A stretch of 63,441 nt of DNA, filler included, from Octopus bimaculoides (taxonomy: Eukaryota): assembly GCF_001194135.2 (NCBI RefSeq). It is 5 parts of 5 records of this genome, joined end to end, with 100 filler letters (N's around TTAATTAATTAA, not from the genome) between each part and the next. Parts side by side here need not be neighbours in the genome. Positions count along the whole stretch, not along the records: positions 17,185 to 42,912 come from NC_068995.1; positions 43,013 to 56,833 come from NC_068986.1; 3 more parts are not named here. One strand, 5' to 3'. The translations under genes and the position numbers were made by a program. Below the pieces are notes generated by a model that searched no databases, was not told where the DNA came from, and worked only from the letters and a program-made list of their open reading frames with translations. This document shows positions 39,668 through 52,906 of this stretch, in pieces; the stretch's first letter is position 1, and every line of letters begins with the position of its first letter.

Positions 39668-40056
39668 CAATACTCGTTTCAGTTATTGTACTATGGCCAT
39701 ACTGGAGCACTACCTTGAAGAATTTTAGTCGGTTATATCGACCCTACTACTTATTTTTTAAAGCCTGGTATTTATTTTATCGGTAACTTTTGCTGAACCG
39801 TTAAATTACGGAGACATAAACACGCCAACACTGGTTATCAAGCGTTGGTGGTAGTAATACAGACAGACAGACAGACACACACATATATATATATACGATG
39901 GGCTTCTTTCAGTTTCCACCTACCAAATCCACTTGCAAAGCTTTGGTCGACCTTAGGCTATAGTAGAAGACGCTTGCCTTAGGTGACATGTAGCGAGACA
40001 GAACCCTGAGCCTTGTGGCTGGAAAGCAAACTCCTTACCATACAGCCACGCCTGCG
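39668..40056 (-). mobile_element. SINE family A, full length, diverged
   Basis: Tail-to-head collinear with other copies. Confidence 0.85.
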
Positions 40057-41179
40057 TATACGTTACAACTAAATAAAGACAACATATAAGTAGTCACTCT
40101 ATCTGCTAGAAATAGCTGCCAAGTCCTCCTTGAATCACATCCTATCGTCTTAAATAACATGCTAGATACTCTGAGCATAGATTGCTTGCACAGACAGTAT
40201 GATTACGGTTGAGTCAAACTGACCTAGGATTTAACAACAATAACAACAGCAGGTGTAGATTTATATGTTTTATTGATATTAGAGAATGACGACCGGAAAA
40301 TAGTTAACCTGAGACTTGAGCTCACAATGGAAACGGGTGAAACTAAATATTGAAAGATGGTGTATCTTCTTAGTTGTTAACCCAATTAGGGATGATCTAG
40401 GATTAAACAACAGTAACAACAACGAAAAACAACAACGACAAGCCAATGCCAGAGCTTCTTATGGCTACTAGACCTACTAGAAATAGCAACCGAATTTCTC
40501 TTAAATCACAACTAAGCATCTATAAAAATTAAAGGACGTACAGAACATTACCTAGGTCTGAAATAAAGACATGTTGCTCACGACTGGAATGTCTTTGAGA
40601 ACTGACCTGGGGCTGAACAACAATAACGTTAACATTATCAGCAACATCAACGACAACTGCAGTAGCAGCAGCAACAGCTGCAGCAGCACCACCATCACCT
40701 CCACCACCACCAACAACAGCAATAAAAACAGTACCCCCCACCAAAAAAAAAAAACAACGACAAAGCAATATCAAAAATAATAACAGTCAAATTTCCCTCA
40801 AATCACATCAGCAACAATACATGTAAACTTGAATCGACAAGGGTTACCGAAGTAAATACAATAATTTGACTCGGCCCCGGTTTACTTTTCATAAGAACAA
40901 CAGAAGTTTGAATTCACGACCTTGTTATCGATAACCTTTCCTAATTGTTAAGTATGTAACCATTGTGTTACGTGTTATTTAAATTAGCTAATTTATATAG
41001 TAACTTCGTAGATCTCTAATTATGTCACAGATAATAATTAACCATGTTTATATTATTATTTCATCTGAAATCAGATTTGTCCTCATTAGACATTTAATTA
41101 ACTTAATTTGAATTTGTTTTTACTCTGTCTCTCCTCCTGCTCCTCTGCCTTCTTCTCCCTTCCTCCTCTTCATTCTCCT

Positions 41180-41397
41180 CGGTAAGCTCATAAAGTATGG
41201 GCCAACCCGAAGTTATAGAAGATGACATCCAAAATGTCACACAGTGAAGTCGAACCCAGGACTTCATGGTTGCAAAGTGAACTTTTTAATCATTCGGAGA
41301 AATTGCGACGACACACACAAACACATAAACAAGCTACAGACATTTTTGTGTGTTGATGTGTGTGTGTACATGTATGTGTGTGTCTGTGTATAATCTT

Positions 41398-41432
<35 letters not shown>

Positions 41433-41537
41433 ACACACACACGTATGTATATTAACATATGCTTTTATTTTTGTACTAGTTTTAGCCATTTGACTGAGGT
41501 CATGTTGGAGCACCGCTTTGAAGGATTTTAGTCGAAC
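41180..41537 (-). mobile_element. SINE family A fragments (head about 41180-41290, tail about 41460-41537)
   Basis: GAACCCAGGACTTCATGGTTGCAAAG; CATGTTGGAGCACCGC. Confidence 0.65.
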
Positions 41538-41796
41538 AAATCGACCGCAGGGCTTCTNNNNNNNNNNNNNNNNNNNNNNNNNNNNNNNNNNNNNNNNNNN
41601 NNNNNNNNNNNNNNNNNNNNNNNNNNNNNNNNNNNNNNNNNNNNNNNNNNNNNNNNNNNNNNNNNNNNNNNNNNNNNNNNNNNNNNNNNNNNNNNNNNNN
41701 NNNNNNNNNNNNNNNNNNNNNNNNNNNNNNNNNNNNNNNNNNNNNNNNNNNNNNNNNNNNNNNNNNNNNNNNNNNNGTGTGTCTGTGTATAATCTT

Positions 41797-41829
<33 letters not shown>

Positions 41830-42314
41830 CTACAGGGATATGGTAACAAAAGAGTGAAAGAGATCTTAATTAAAACTTTCCATCAAAATTCTATGTTAAT
41901 TTATGTTCCCAACATCAGCTTAATAATGACAAAGTTATTTTACTAAATTCTTTATTATTTCAAAATAAATTGAAACAAAGACAGTGTATTTCAACAGAAA
42001 TAGGGTAACGAATGGGTTTAACAAGAGAATATTACTGATATGTGGTAGCATAAGACCAAATGGTTAAAGTGTCGGGTTGACAATCATTAGGTCAGCAGTT
42101 GGAGTCTCAGAGCAAGTGTCATACTGTGTCCTAAATGTCATACTGCGTCCTTGAGCAAGTTACTTCATTGCATGTTCCTTCAATTGACACAATTGAAAAT
42201 GCGTATCAGTAGCATGTGGGGGAGGTACTAACTATACTTTATATAAGACATTCTATTGTAAAAATTTGCTTGGCAACGACGGGCTATTCAGCTAGTATAT
42301 ACAGCTGGTATATA

Positions 42315-42898
42315 CAGGGTGTTCAAAAAGTTTCTTCGCATTAAGTATTTTATTGCAAAATAAATATTTATAAGTTGGTATAAGACTACAAAAGAATATA
42401 TTAGACTTTACAAGACTTTAAAAAACTTTATAAGAGATGTTAAGTGTCGCCCTTCATTTTAAATACATAAAATTTAATTTCTTTTTTACTGCCGTGTGAG
42501 CATTTCCTAGGCTGATTTCCGTTTCCTGTGACAATTTGCTTAAGGACTTTGACGGGCTTGCGAATAGTTTATCAGAAATATTGGAGAGTGTTTCATCTGA
42601 AAGAGCAGTAGGCCTACCGCTTCTTGCTGCGTCTTCCACTGAACCATGATGTGGACACCAACATTTGGAAAAGTTTCACTAAACTTCTGTTTCACAGTAT
42701 CTGTGTATTTGTTTCCAGCTCGAAACACCCATTCAACTAAAAACGTACATTGTTCAAGGGTTAACATGTTGACACGCTGAAGGGTACACAATGATTAAGG
42801 GACATTGGCTGACACCCGGCCGCCCACGCAGTGATAGCCAAGTTGCGTATGCGCAGGATGAAAAGAATTCACTGCGGAGAGATCTTTTAAACGCCCTG
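42315..42898 (-). mobile_element. Internally deleted Tc1/mariner-superfamily element with both TIRs
   Basis: Imperfect TIRs CAGGGTGTTCAAAAAGTTTCTTCGCA and CAGGGCGTTTAAAAGATCTCTCCGCA (rc), TA flanks. HTH N-terminus MLTLEQCTFLVEWVF and SVEDAARSGRPT joined to a C-terminal remnant; no DDD domain. Confidence 0.85.
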
Positions 42899-43012
42899 TA
42901 TATATATATATANNNNNNNNNNNNNNNNNNNNNNNNNNNNNNNNNNNNNNNNNNNNTTAATTAATTAANNNNNNNNNNNNNNNNNNNNNNNNNNNNNNNN
43001 NNNNNNNNNNNN

Positions 43013-43044
<32 letters not shown>

Positions 43045-43699
43045 GTAAATCCAAAGAGGCAAGCAATTTAAATAAATGAATAAAAACGAACACCATGAGA
43101 ACGTGCACAAGAAATGCGCTATTATGACGCCCGGTTAAAAGAGAGAGTCTAATGTTTCGAGCATAAGCCTTCGTCGGAAAGGAGAAAGGGAAAAGTCCAA
43201 GGAAGGAAAAGAAACGTGTGTAGTTCCTTTTATGCCTATCAGTGAGCACATGTATATTTATATGTATTCATGATTAAGTGTTTATGTTCGGTATCAAGAA
43301 ATTGGCTTCGCACCACATAGTCCCGAGTTCGATTTCACTACGTGTTACTGTGAATAAGTCGTTTCTACTGTAGTCTTGCGTTGACCAGTGTTTCAAGAAT
43401 TCAATATTATTGACAGAAACTGTGCAGAAGCTCGTTATGTCATCAGGCCACTCACAGCCGTAGGCCAGTCGAGCAATGTGCTTGGTGGAAGCTTGACCAT
43501 GACATTCTATAGGGTGTTAATGATGAGCAGTCGTCAACAACAAATAATAGGGATGATTGAACCAAAAAAGGGGAATAAAAATAGAATCGAGAATGTTTAT
43601 TAAGGTTATAGCGATAGGGAAACCTAATACCTAGAGTAGATGTATACTTATAAAAGGCGCTTAGGAAAGGTATTGTAACAGACATGTTCACGGCGATTC

Positions 43700-44690
43700 G
43701 ACCTCGACCGACTTACAATGCGAAACAATAAGGCTACTTTTAAGAGAGCTAAGGCATGCAAGCTAAGACACAAGGGGGCGAAAATCGTTTGATTTTGCCC
43801 TATGGCGGAAGCGCAACATGGAAACAAAGCCACAATTCAATCTTTTGTGGACCTCGATGATCGTCCGTTACTCGACTCAAAGAAGGTGTGAGTGATTTTA
43901 CGGTGGAACACTGTTCGACTGGTAGGAACAAGTGGCGGGCCGAAACGCAGAGTGGTTTCCAGTACCCATCTCAATGGCTTGCCTCGACTCTCAGTAAGAA
44001 ATACGGATTGTTGCGAAAAGCCGATTGCAGCCACTGTAACACGAGAAGTGAGGGCTGGCTACACTTGAGACAAGTCACCTGATTTGGAGATCTACCCTGA
44101 TGAGTTTTATTTTCCTATGCAAGACTTGCTTGGAGATCTCCAATGAGATATATACGGCAACAAGTAGCAGAAGGGAAGAATTCCCAATTCTCTGAACCGA
44201 AAAGCGATAGCACTACTAACAAAGTACCAAAATAAGGGGGATCATATTGACAATTTTTGGCCCAAAACACAAATTTCAAAATTTGGGCCAAGGTGTTAAC
44301 CAAGAGGTCGGTGCTTGATGTTAATGGTCTGACTGGTGATGCACCATCTCGAACAAATATACTCTCGACGACCTCCACTTCATGCGATAGATCTATATGG
44401 ATAAGGAACAAGTACAGCTGGGTCCTGATCTATTCAGATTTTTTTTAATGCTTCCGAAAGTGTCGAAAAACCAAAATTTGGTGGCTGTTCTCACGGCGGC
44501 CAATTTCGTTCCTATTTTTTGTAATACACAGTGACATATGCTCGATTGTTAGGGTGAGTGTCCATCTAGCACAGCCATTCAGTATTATGCGCTCGGTCTG
44601 TCAAGGTTGTCTCCTCTCGTCTCTCGTATGTACTGACTCTTGAGCAACTACTGCTAAGAAAGAGACTTTGAGAAGTATTCCACAAGAACT
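43700..44690 (+). mobile_element. Decayed L1/Tx1-type LINE RT fragment
   Basis: Degenerate PG.DGLPYEFY region, NTNFKIWAKVLTKR, LVAVLTAANF, QPFSIMRSVCQGCLLS. Confidence 0.65.
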
Positions 44691-45044
44691 ATAGTTATTT
44701 GTAGAGGAGACTTTTCGAATTCACATTTTAAAAGTTCCTAATTGCCTTGCACATCTGGTGGCACCAGTCAAAGAAGATTGAGATAATTATTCCTATTGTA
44801 TAATTTCCTTGTACGTATTTTTTTGCAGCTATGATAGTTGTTCTTGTTTTTCTCCGTGTTCTTTTCCGTGTGTGATATGAATATATGCTTTTGAGCACCG
44901 CACAAGTTGTTGACAACTTCAAGTAGCACTTACGGCCTTGACCATATCGTGATTGAGAATAACCGGGTTTTTGTTGTTACTGGTGCTGTTGTAAATAATG
45001 ATGCCGTTGTAGTTGACGTTGTTGATATCGCTGTTTCTGTTGCT

Positions 45045-45050
45045 CTTCTT

Positions 45051-45081
<31 letters not shown>

Positions 45082-45090
45082 TTATTATTC

Positions 45091-45146
<56 letters not shown>

Positions 45147-45147
45147 T
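45045..45147. repeat. (CTT)n-(ATT)n compound microsatellite
   Basis: Direct observation. Confidence 0.95.
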
Positions 45148-45759
45148 GTGTTGTGGTGTCGAGTAACTTGTATGCTTGTTCGTCTGCTTATATGTTCAAA
45201 ACTTGTTAATTGTTGAAATCGTCTGATGTAACATTTGTTTAAGCCAACCAGTAAACAGAGGGTTGGTTGTCTTTCTGCTTCTCGCCCCTTTTTCTCAAAT
45301 TTTGTTTTGAAAAATACCTTTTATAAACATGGAACCCGATTCCACAGTCAGCAAACTAAAGGTAGAGACATGGAGTGACACGCAAAACAGGTGCAGCACA
45401 TACAGGAGGAGGAAATCGTTTGTAAAGCGTTGAAAGTTCAAAAGTGAAGTACTTGCATAACAGCTATAGCGGCAAACATTGAAAATTCTTAGTTTTAAAA
45501 AAAATTGGAAAAATCGATCAAACTGCTGAGAGTTAGGCTTTGTCCCGTAGAAAAGAATTGTGACGAGATCACGAGCAAGGTGGCTATCTCATCCAGAAAT
45601 GAGCCTGCTGTAGACTTATATATATAAATGACGACTGCCTCATCTGACGTCATTGGATTTAAGTGACAAAAAGTTGTACAACACTTTTGCCATCCTCTCA
45701 GTCATAGTAGATTCCAGTGACAAGCATTGCAAGATGATTGAGACTATTTTGATTGCAAA

Positions 45760-46000
45760 TTTTATATGAGGCAAGAATGAGTCAGTGGCCCTACACTAAT
45801 CTGACGCCTGCATGATGGAGAGAACAGACAAGAGAGGTGCTTCTGAGTGATAGCCTTGGCAGTTGGGGTGATCCTGGATTTGAGGAATTCCTTGATTACC
45901 TTGAGTGACTCCCAGAGAGCTGCCTTGCCTGCGGCTTTGTCAGAAGTACCAGGAATCTCCTCAACCCCTGCAAAAGCTATTTAACCCAAACATAGGACAC
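45760..46000 (-). mobile_element. Possible RLE-type LINE C-terminal remnant
   Basis: EIPGTSDKAAGKAALWESLKVIKEFLKS resembles the LQK.ALLG..KILR..L terminus. Confidence 0.35.
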
Positions 46001-46116
46001 TGACAGGTACTACTATTCTACGTCAGAACGGACCTGGTAATTAAGGGGTGACTTCATACTCCACACAAATCCAGAACTCTCGAAATGGATCCACAACACC
46101 GGGTATGGTTTAATGT

Positions 46117-46465
46117 CATGACTGCGTGGTAAGAAGTTTGCTTCTCGACAATATGGTTCAGTGTTCACTCCACTGCGTAGCATCTTGGGTGAGTGTCTTC
46201 TACTATAGCCCCAAGTGGGCCAAATCAATTAGACTTAATTTCATAGAAGTAAATTGAAGGAAGTCTGTCATATATCTTATATATACACGTGTGAGTGTGT
46301 ATATGCGTCTGTGTTTGCCTCTCCCACACCACTTGGACAACCGGTTTTGGTGTACTTACGTCCCCGTAACTTAGCAGTTAAGCAAAAGAGCCAAAGAGAA
46401 TAAGTATCAGTGTTTAAAAGTACTGGGAGCTACTTGGTCAACTAAGCTCCACAAGGCGGTGCTAA
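46117..46465 (+). mobile_element. SINE family A, diverged
   Basis: Head, core and partial tail motifs. Confidence 0.8.
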
Positions 46466-47767
46466 CTCATGTATGTATGTATGTATTAATACGGGAATTT
46501 TTTGGTACTGTTTATTTTCCATTACACGCGTTTCATTTACTACTAGGAATTTACAAAGATTTACATGTCTATATAAGATGGAAATTTTTTGCAATTCCTA
46601 TAAGCAAATGAAAAACGTGTAATGGAGAATAAATAATACCAAAAAATTTCCACTTTCCTATTTTGATATACAAAACTCTGCAAATAATATGTCCATAATT
46701 CTCATTTTTGAAATGTATTTTCGTTAGCATACAACAGCAACTATGGATGTGCTTCAAGAGAAACAGCTGGGATTTACCCTAACTACCATATATATNNNNN
46801 NNNNNNNNNNNNNNNNNNNNNNNNNNNNNNNNNNNNNNNNNNNNNNNNNNNNNNNNNNNNNNNNNNNNNNNNNNNNNNNNNNNNNNNNNNNNNNNNNNNN
46901 NNNNNNNNNNNNNNNNNNNNNNNNNNNNNNNNNNNNNNNNNNNNNNNNNNNNNNNNNNNNNNNNNNNNNNNNNNNNNNNNNNNNNNNNNNNNNNNNNNNN
47001 NNNNNNNNNNNNNNNNNNNNNNNNNNNNNNNNNNNNNNNNNNNNNNNNNNNNNNNNNNNNNNNNNNNNNNNNNNNNNNNNNNNNNNNNNNNNNNNNNNNN
47101 NNNNNNNNNNNNNNNNNNNNNNNNNNNNNNNNNNNNNNNNNNNNNNNNNNNNNNNNNNNNNNNNNNNNNNNNNNNNNNNNNNNNNNNNNNNNNNNNNNNN
47201 NNNNNNNNNNNNNNNNNNNNNNNNNNNNNNNNNNNNNNNNNNNNNNNNNNNNNNNNNNNNNNNNNNNNNNNNNNNNNNNNNNNNNNNNNNNNNNNNNNNN
47301 NNNNNNNNNNNNNNNNNNNNNNNNNNNNNNNNNNNNNNNNNNNNNNNNNNNNNNNNNNNNNNNNNNNNNNNNNNNNNNNNNNNNNNNNNNNNNNNNNNNN
47401 NNNNNNNNNNNNNNNNNNNNNNNNNNNNNNNNNNNNNNNNNNNNNNNNNNNNNNNNNNNNNNNNNNNNNNNNNNNNNNNNNNNNNNNNNNNNNNNNNNNN
47501 NNNNNNNNNNNNNNNNNNNNNNNNNNNNNNNNNNNNNNNNNNNNNNNNNNNNNNNNNNNNNNNNNNNNATATATATTTCATTCTGGAATGCTCATGAGAT
47601 CGCTATTCGATGAAACAATTGTAAATTAGTGAAATACAACAACTTGTCCACTCTATTCTCCTTGGTTTTAATTTGGAGGCATTGTGGATACTAGTGGATT
47701 TTCGGGCAAGTGCTTGATGCAACAAATAATCGTTCGCATATATATAGGACTGACTTGCAGTCACTGG

Positions 47768-47920
47768 AATGGTTGCGTGATAAGTAGCTTACTTACCAGC
47801 TACATGGTTCCGGGTTCAGTCCCACTGCGTAGCACCTTGGGCAAATGTCTTCCACTATAGCCTCGGGCCGACCAATGCCTTGTGAGTAGATTTGGTAGAC
47901 AGAAACTGGAAGAAACCTGT

Positions 47921-47981
<61 letters not shown>

Positions 47982-48200
47982 CCGTGTCTGCGTCTGTGTC
48001 TGTGTTTGTCCCCCACCATCGCTTGACAAATGAGGTTGGCGTGTTTACGTCTCCGTAAATTAACGGTTCAGCAAAGGAGACCGATAAAATAAGTACTAGG
48101 CTTACAAAGAATAAGCCTGGGGTCGATTTGCTTGACTAAAAAGGCTGTGCTCCAGCATGACTGCAGTCAAATGTCTGAAACAAATAAAAGAATAGAAGAA
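47768..48200 (+). mobile_element. SINE family A, full length with (GT)n centre
   Basis: GGTTCCGGGTTCAGTCCCACTGCG head through CTGAAACAAATAAAAGAAT tail. Confidence 0.9.
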
Positions 48201-48443
48201 TATATATATATATATATGTATGTACGTATTTATGTATGTATGTATGAATATATTGTTTACGTCATAAATTTCATAACCCAAAATTTACACGCTATTATTA
48301 GATATGTCTATTGAGATGCACCTTGAAATATGTGCGTGCGTGCGCGCGTGTGTGTTTGTTTGTTTGTATGTATGTATATGTATGTGTGTGTATGTTTGTG
48401 TGTGTTTGTGCGTCTTTCTCTGTGTGTGTGTGTGTGTGTGTGT

Positions 48444-48481
<38 letters not shown>

Positions 48482-48489
48482 CTTTTATC

Positions 48490-48640
48490 CTTGAAAAGTT
48501 TTTAGTTGATCGGATCGAATCGAACCCAGTCCTTCTTTTAAAGCCTGGTACTTATTCTATCGGTCTCTTTTACCGAACCACTAGTTTACGATGATGCAAA
48601 CTAACTCTAGCTGTCAAGCGGTGGTGGGGTCCAAACGCAT
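48490..48640 (-). mobile_element. SINE family A core fragment
   Basis: CCTGGTACTTATTCTATCGGTCTCTTTTACCGAACC. Confidence 0.75.
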
Positions 48641-48849
48641 ACACAAAGCTACACACACACACACATAGACAGGGGAAACAATTTATTTTGTGTTTCTGAA
48701 GAATTTCTAATAGAAAATTATTTACATATTTAACATGTAAAACTTTGTAATTCCTATAGCAAATGAAACATATGTAATGGTGAATAAATAATACTAATGA
48801 ATTTTTTGTTTCACACACATATACGCACGCCTATCAATTTAATACACAA

Positions 48850-49950
48850 CAGTAAGAGCTACTAATAGTTTCATACTTTTATGATACTTTAACTTGGCAT
48901 AGTTATAAAATACGTCATGCATCTCTAAGCAATCTTTCAGGCTCTCTTTATATATCATGTATATTTTAAAAACAAGGTCGCTGGAAAGTGAAAAAATAAG
49001 AAAAAATAAGGAAATTGATGCAAAAATGGAACGCGAAGAAATGAAAGGAAGAAAACTAAGATCCCCGTCCTCCTTGATTGCAGAAACCCCAATTAATACA
49101 GCTGTTGTAGAACAAAATAACAGAAAATATGTCAATTTGCGAGACAGCAATTTAATCCGGAGCATAAGATAGCCTCCAATTCGACAAAAGAAGCCTGTCC
49201 ATATGTTTACACCAGCTAAAAATTTTAGATCTGGAATTAAGTGGAGTATGAGATCTTTCTGCTACGCATAAGTTACATTTCTTTGATCGGTTAACATATT
49301 GCTTGTATTTCTCCACGATTCTCCGCTTGATTGTATGTGCTGTGGAGCTGGTCTTCAAACTCAATGCGTGGCTAGACAACTTAGTTGCATTACTTTGTCC
49401 ATGTGCCCGAAAGAAGATAGGTGGTTTGCATAACGGTTTTTGAAATCGACTTCACAACCCGATGTAATTCTTCTTTTCTATTAATTTATCTTGAAGTGCT
49501 GCTGTTACTTGTACCTCGCATATGACAGTGTTTATCATACACGACTGGTTAAGTGGGCGGCTTCAGGGTCTCGACAGTTACATCTTTTCCGATCTGTTGG
49601 ATAACACTCGGTAGCTGCACAGGTCTACCCATTATCTGTGAACCTCGTTAGGTTTACCAGTAAAGAAATATTTGCTCATAATCGTGAGGAAGCGTGTGAA
49701 GTGTTCTCTAATAGACCCGGCCGACTGACATAATAACGACAGTCAGCTTACTGAAACACCTACAAGCTAGAAAAGCAGAAAATACCAGTTTTCTGCGTAT
49801 AATTGTTTCTATAAGGTGGCTTCGGTTCTGCCACATTAACCTACCTGTTGTTATGATGGTTGTTAACAAACCACGTCGAGCCAGAAGAGTGGAATGTGGA
49901 ATATTTCTACCGTGCTCAGACCTTTTGGTTATGTGTCGCGACTTCTGGCT
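48850..49950 (-). mobile_element. PLE 3' part (RT C-terminus, GIY-YIG region, 3' UTR with hammerhead-like motif)
   Basis: CNCRDPE; FKNRYANHLSSFGH; YVNRSKKCNLCVAE...LNSRSKIFSWCKH...LLLSN. Confidence 0.78.
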
Positions 49951-50946
49951 CATCGTTTAAAATGAGTACATATATATATATATATATATATATAAGCATA
50001 GGCGCCTATATTTAGGTCATATATAAACAGTCAGCATTTTCCATTCTATTGTATTGCCTTCGCGTAGCAGTTTATTCTAAATTTGCTATTGAGTACTTAC
50101 AGTTAATGTTGAGCTCAGACTTGTATTGGAGAGTACATGTCTATATATCATCTTTTGTTAGCTGAGATTGTTACAGGGGTGACTCGGAAGCTTAAAGTTT
50201 GTTTACTTGATAGGAAAAATCTATACCCTTGAGTACCAATTTAAGCTCATAAAAGTTTGTATATACTGTTTTATATAACGAGTCCTGTGGCTTCCATTTG
50301 TAAAACTAAATGCACCCCTTTCTTTCTCTCCTCTCTTTCTATGTATGTATATGTGGAAATATGTTAAACATACACTGTCGTGCATATATTTAAACACAGT
50401 GAGAGGGAGACACATACACACACATACATATACACACACACAGAAAAGGAGAGATAGAAAGACAGAGCGAAACGTGTGAGGAAGAAACACAGAAAAAGAG
50501 AATGTGAAATAAAAGGTGGCGGGACGTGTGGAATGTAGAACGAAGAGGAATTTTTTTCTTTTTGACTTTAAAGGATCCGTTATCTTTTGAACTACGAAAT
50601 GGAACCATCGCATTAGTAACGATTCAGTAGTGCACAGAAAGTAATGCTGTTGTGTCAGAATTAACTCAGGGCAAGCAAAAATCACGACGTGGTGTCTAAT
50701 CTAAGGCTGAAACCATTCCACTTTAGTTATTTATTTTCATATCGTATTTAGAGAACAGCATCGTTGTTCGTTACAGGTTTTCACTGAGTCAATCAAAGTT
50801 TCACTGAATGGTGACGGTGACAGGGGTTTAGCAGTTCATCTCTGGTGGAATAAATATAACACAAGAATTCTATGGAAAGTGCTGAATTTTCGTCTGTTTT
50901 CTCTCCGATATCTGTATTTTATCTCTCTCTCTCTCCCTCCCTTCCC

Positions 50947-50984
<38 letters not shown>

Positions 50985-50988
<4 letters not shown>

Positions 50989-51967
50989 AATGGCAATTTC
51001 TGTCTATCTGTCTGTCCGTCTGTCTGTTACCATCTTGCTGCACAAAGCAGGGAACCAATTTTCACCAAACTTTGTATATATGTTAAACTAACATCAAATT
51101 CAATTATAGGCTAATTGGATTTCAATAAAAACCAATAATGGACCGACTACAGGAGTTGGGCTAATACATGATAAAATGAGAGGGATGCAAAAATGTTAGG
51201 TTTAGGGAAATGTGACATAATGATGGTGACTGATATCAGGGAAGGCGAAGAGACCGGAAGAGATAGACACACAAGGAATGTGAGAGACAGACAGAGAGAA
51301 CGATAGACAGGGACACTTCCATATATATAAAAGAGAGTTTGTGCGTGTGTGTGTGTCTACCTGTTGTTTCTAGCATGCTGGGTTTTTTGGTGGCACTCAA
51401 ATATTTTTTACGTCTACTATTTCGGTACTGTTCTATGCATGCATGAAACATCAGACGAAAGTGAAACATTGGGTGTTTTTAGCTTTTTGAAAGCGGGTAG
51501 GTGATGGATGTGCGAGGTGGGGGAAGGAGCATTGAGTGTTTCTTGAAGAAAAATTAAACTTTAAAATATATATATATTCCCCAGATTCATAATCTCTATA
51601 TTTTTCTACGTGGATAAAAAGAAAATTCGTGAAAAAGTTGCAAATTGTGGTGGGGACGGGAGGAATCTAAACTTTTGAAAACGTAATTTCTGCGCAAAAT
51701 CGTATTAACCCTCTTTTTATACGATGAAACAATACATAGGTTGTAATCCATCGTAAGAACAGAAAATACTTTCATGCAAATCCATAAAAATTGTACCACC
51801 ACCCCCACCTCATTTTTAAACAAACAATAGCTTTCATTACACCAGTAATGCAGTTCACTATATATCAGCTGTGCTGATTCTGCCCATACGAAAAGAACAA
51901 ACAATATGGCTGTAGGTCATAACACCTGGGCAACGCCAAGATGCATTGTTAGTATATATATTGCTAG
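50985..51967 (+). mobile_element. Non-autonomous Helitron-type element(s)
   Basis: 5'-like starts TATATATAAATGGC-(TCTG)n at about 50985 and TCCATATATATAAAAG at about 51317. 3' hairpin CCTGGGCAACGCCAAG at 51925-51940, followed by TTAG (51949-51952) and CTAG (51964-51967). Confidence 0.55.
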
Positions 51968-52873
51968 TATATATTTATATATATAAGTTAAAAAGCTTAA
52001 TATTATATCATTATTAGTAATAATAATAAATAAAGCGGCCATCATATATTTCGCTTTTGTATCCGGTTTACGAGATTCTTTATGCGAATTCGTGTGTTGA
52101 AACAAATTTTGTTTTATCAAGGTAGGTCATTATGCCAATATTATTAACACACGCACTAGTTCAATTCCACTCATTTATTATTCGTCAATTGTTTACAACT
52201 CCAAATAACTAATCGATTGTTTGTTTAATTTGGTTAGACAGTAAGCCATTTGTTTTGTTTTTTGTTTGTCAAAGCTCTTTCGTTGCTACTTTCGTCATAG
52301 TCTGTAACGGAGGCTGCGTTTGTCTGCTTGTAGCCTTGTTGCGTGCGAGTAGATAGTTAGATTTGGTGATGTATATAGATAGATTTGAAGATGCAAACAA
52401 GAAAATAGAACTCTAAACATGAGTATATATACGGTTTTTATTAATAATCGTCAGAAGTTACAGGGTGACTCAAGGGCTGAGAATTTCGTGTACTGCCACT
52501 TGTCAAATAGGTTTCAAATCAAGAGGGTTTACATTCATATACTGGTGGTGATAGTATTTTCCTGAATTGTTCTGGAACAAATTATAAAAACAATTACAAT
52601 ATCACTGGGTAACGTATATGTTTTAATTGGTTTGCTCAATACGCCAATCAATGAATAATATAAATAAAATAACACTGATACAAATAAATGTCATGCATTC
52701 ACACATATAGAATAATTTGTAACTGTAAACATATAAAACCTCGAGTATACATACTTAGGTACATAAATGTTAGTAAATATGTATTTATTCACACATATAT
52801 ATAAATACATGCACACACATACAGACACACACACTCACACCACGTGTGCACACAAACACACACATATATGCAT

Positions 52874-52906
<33 letters not shown>

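Noticed and set aside
43802-43893. ATGGCG...GTGAGT as a first coding exon
   Set aside because: Lies within the collinear decayed L1/Tx1 fragment.
50790-50950. Short open frame after an AG (VFTESIKVSLNGDG...)
   Set aside because: No recognisable homology or convincing donor; runs into (CT)n.
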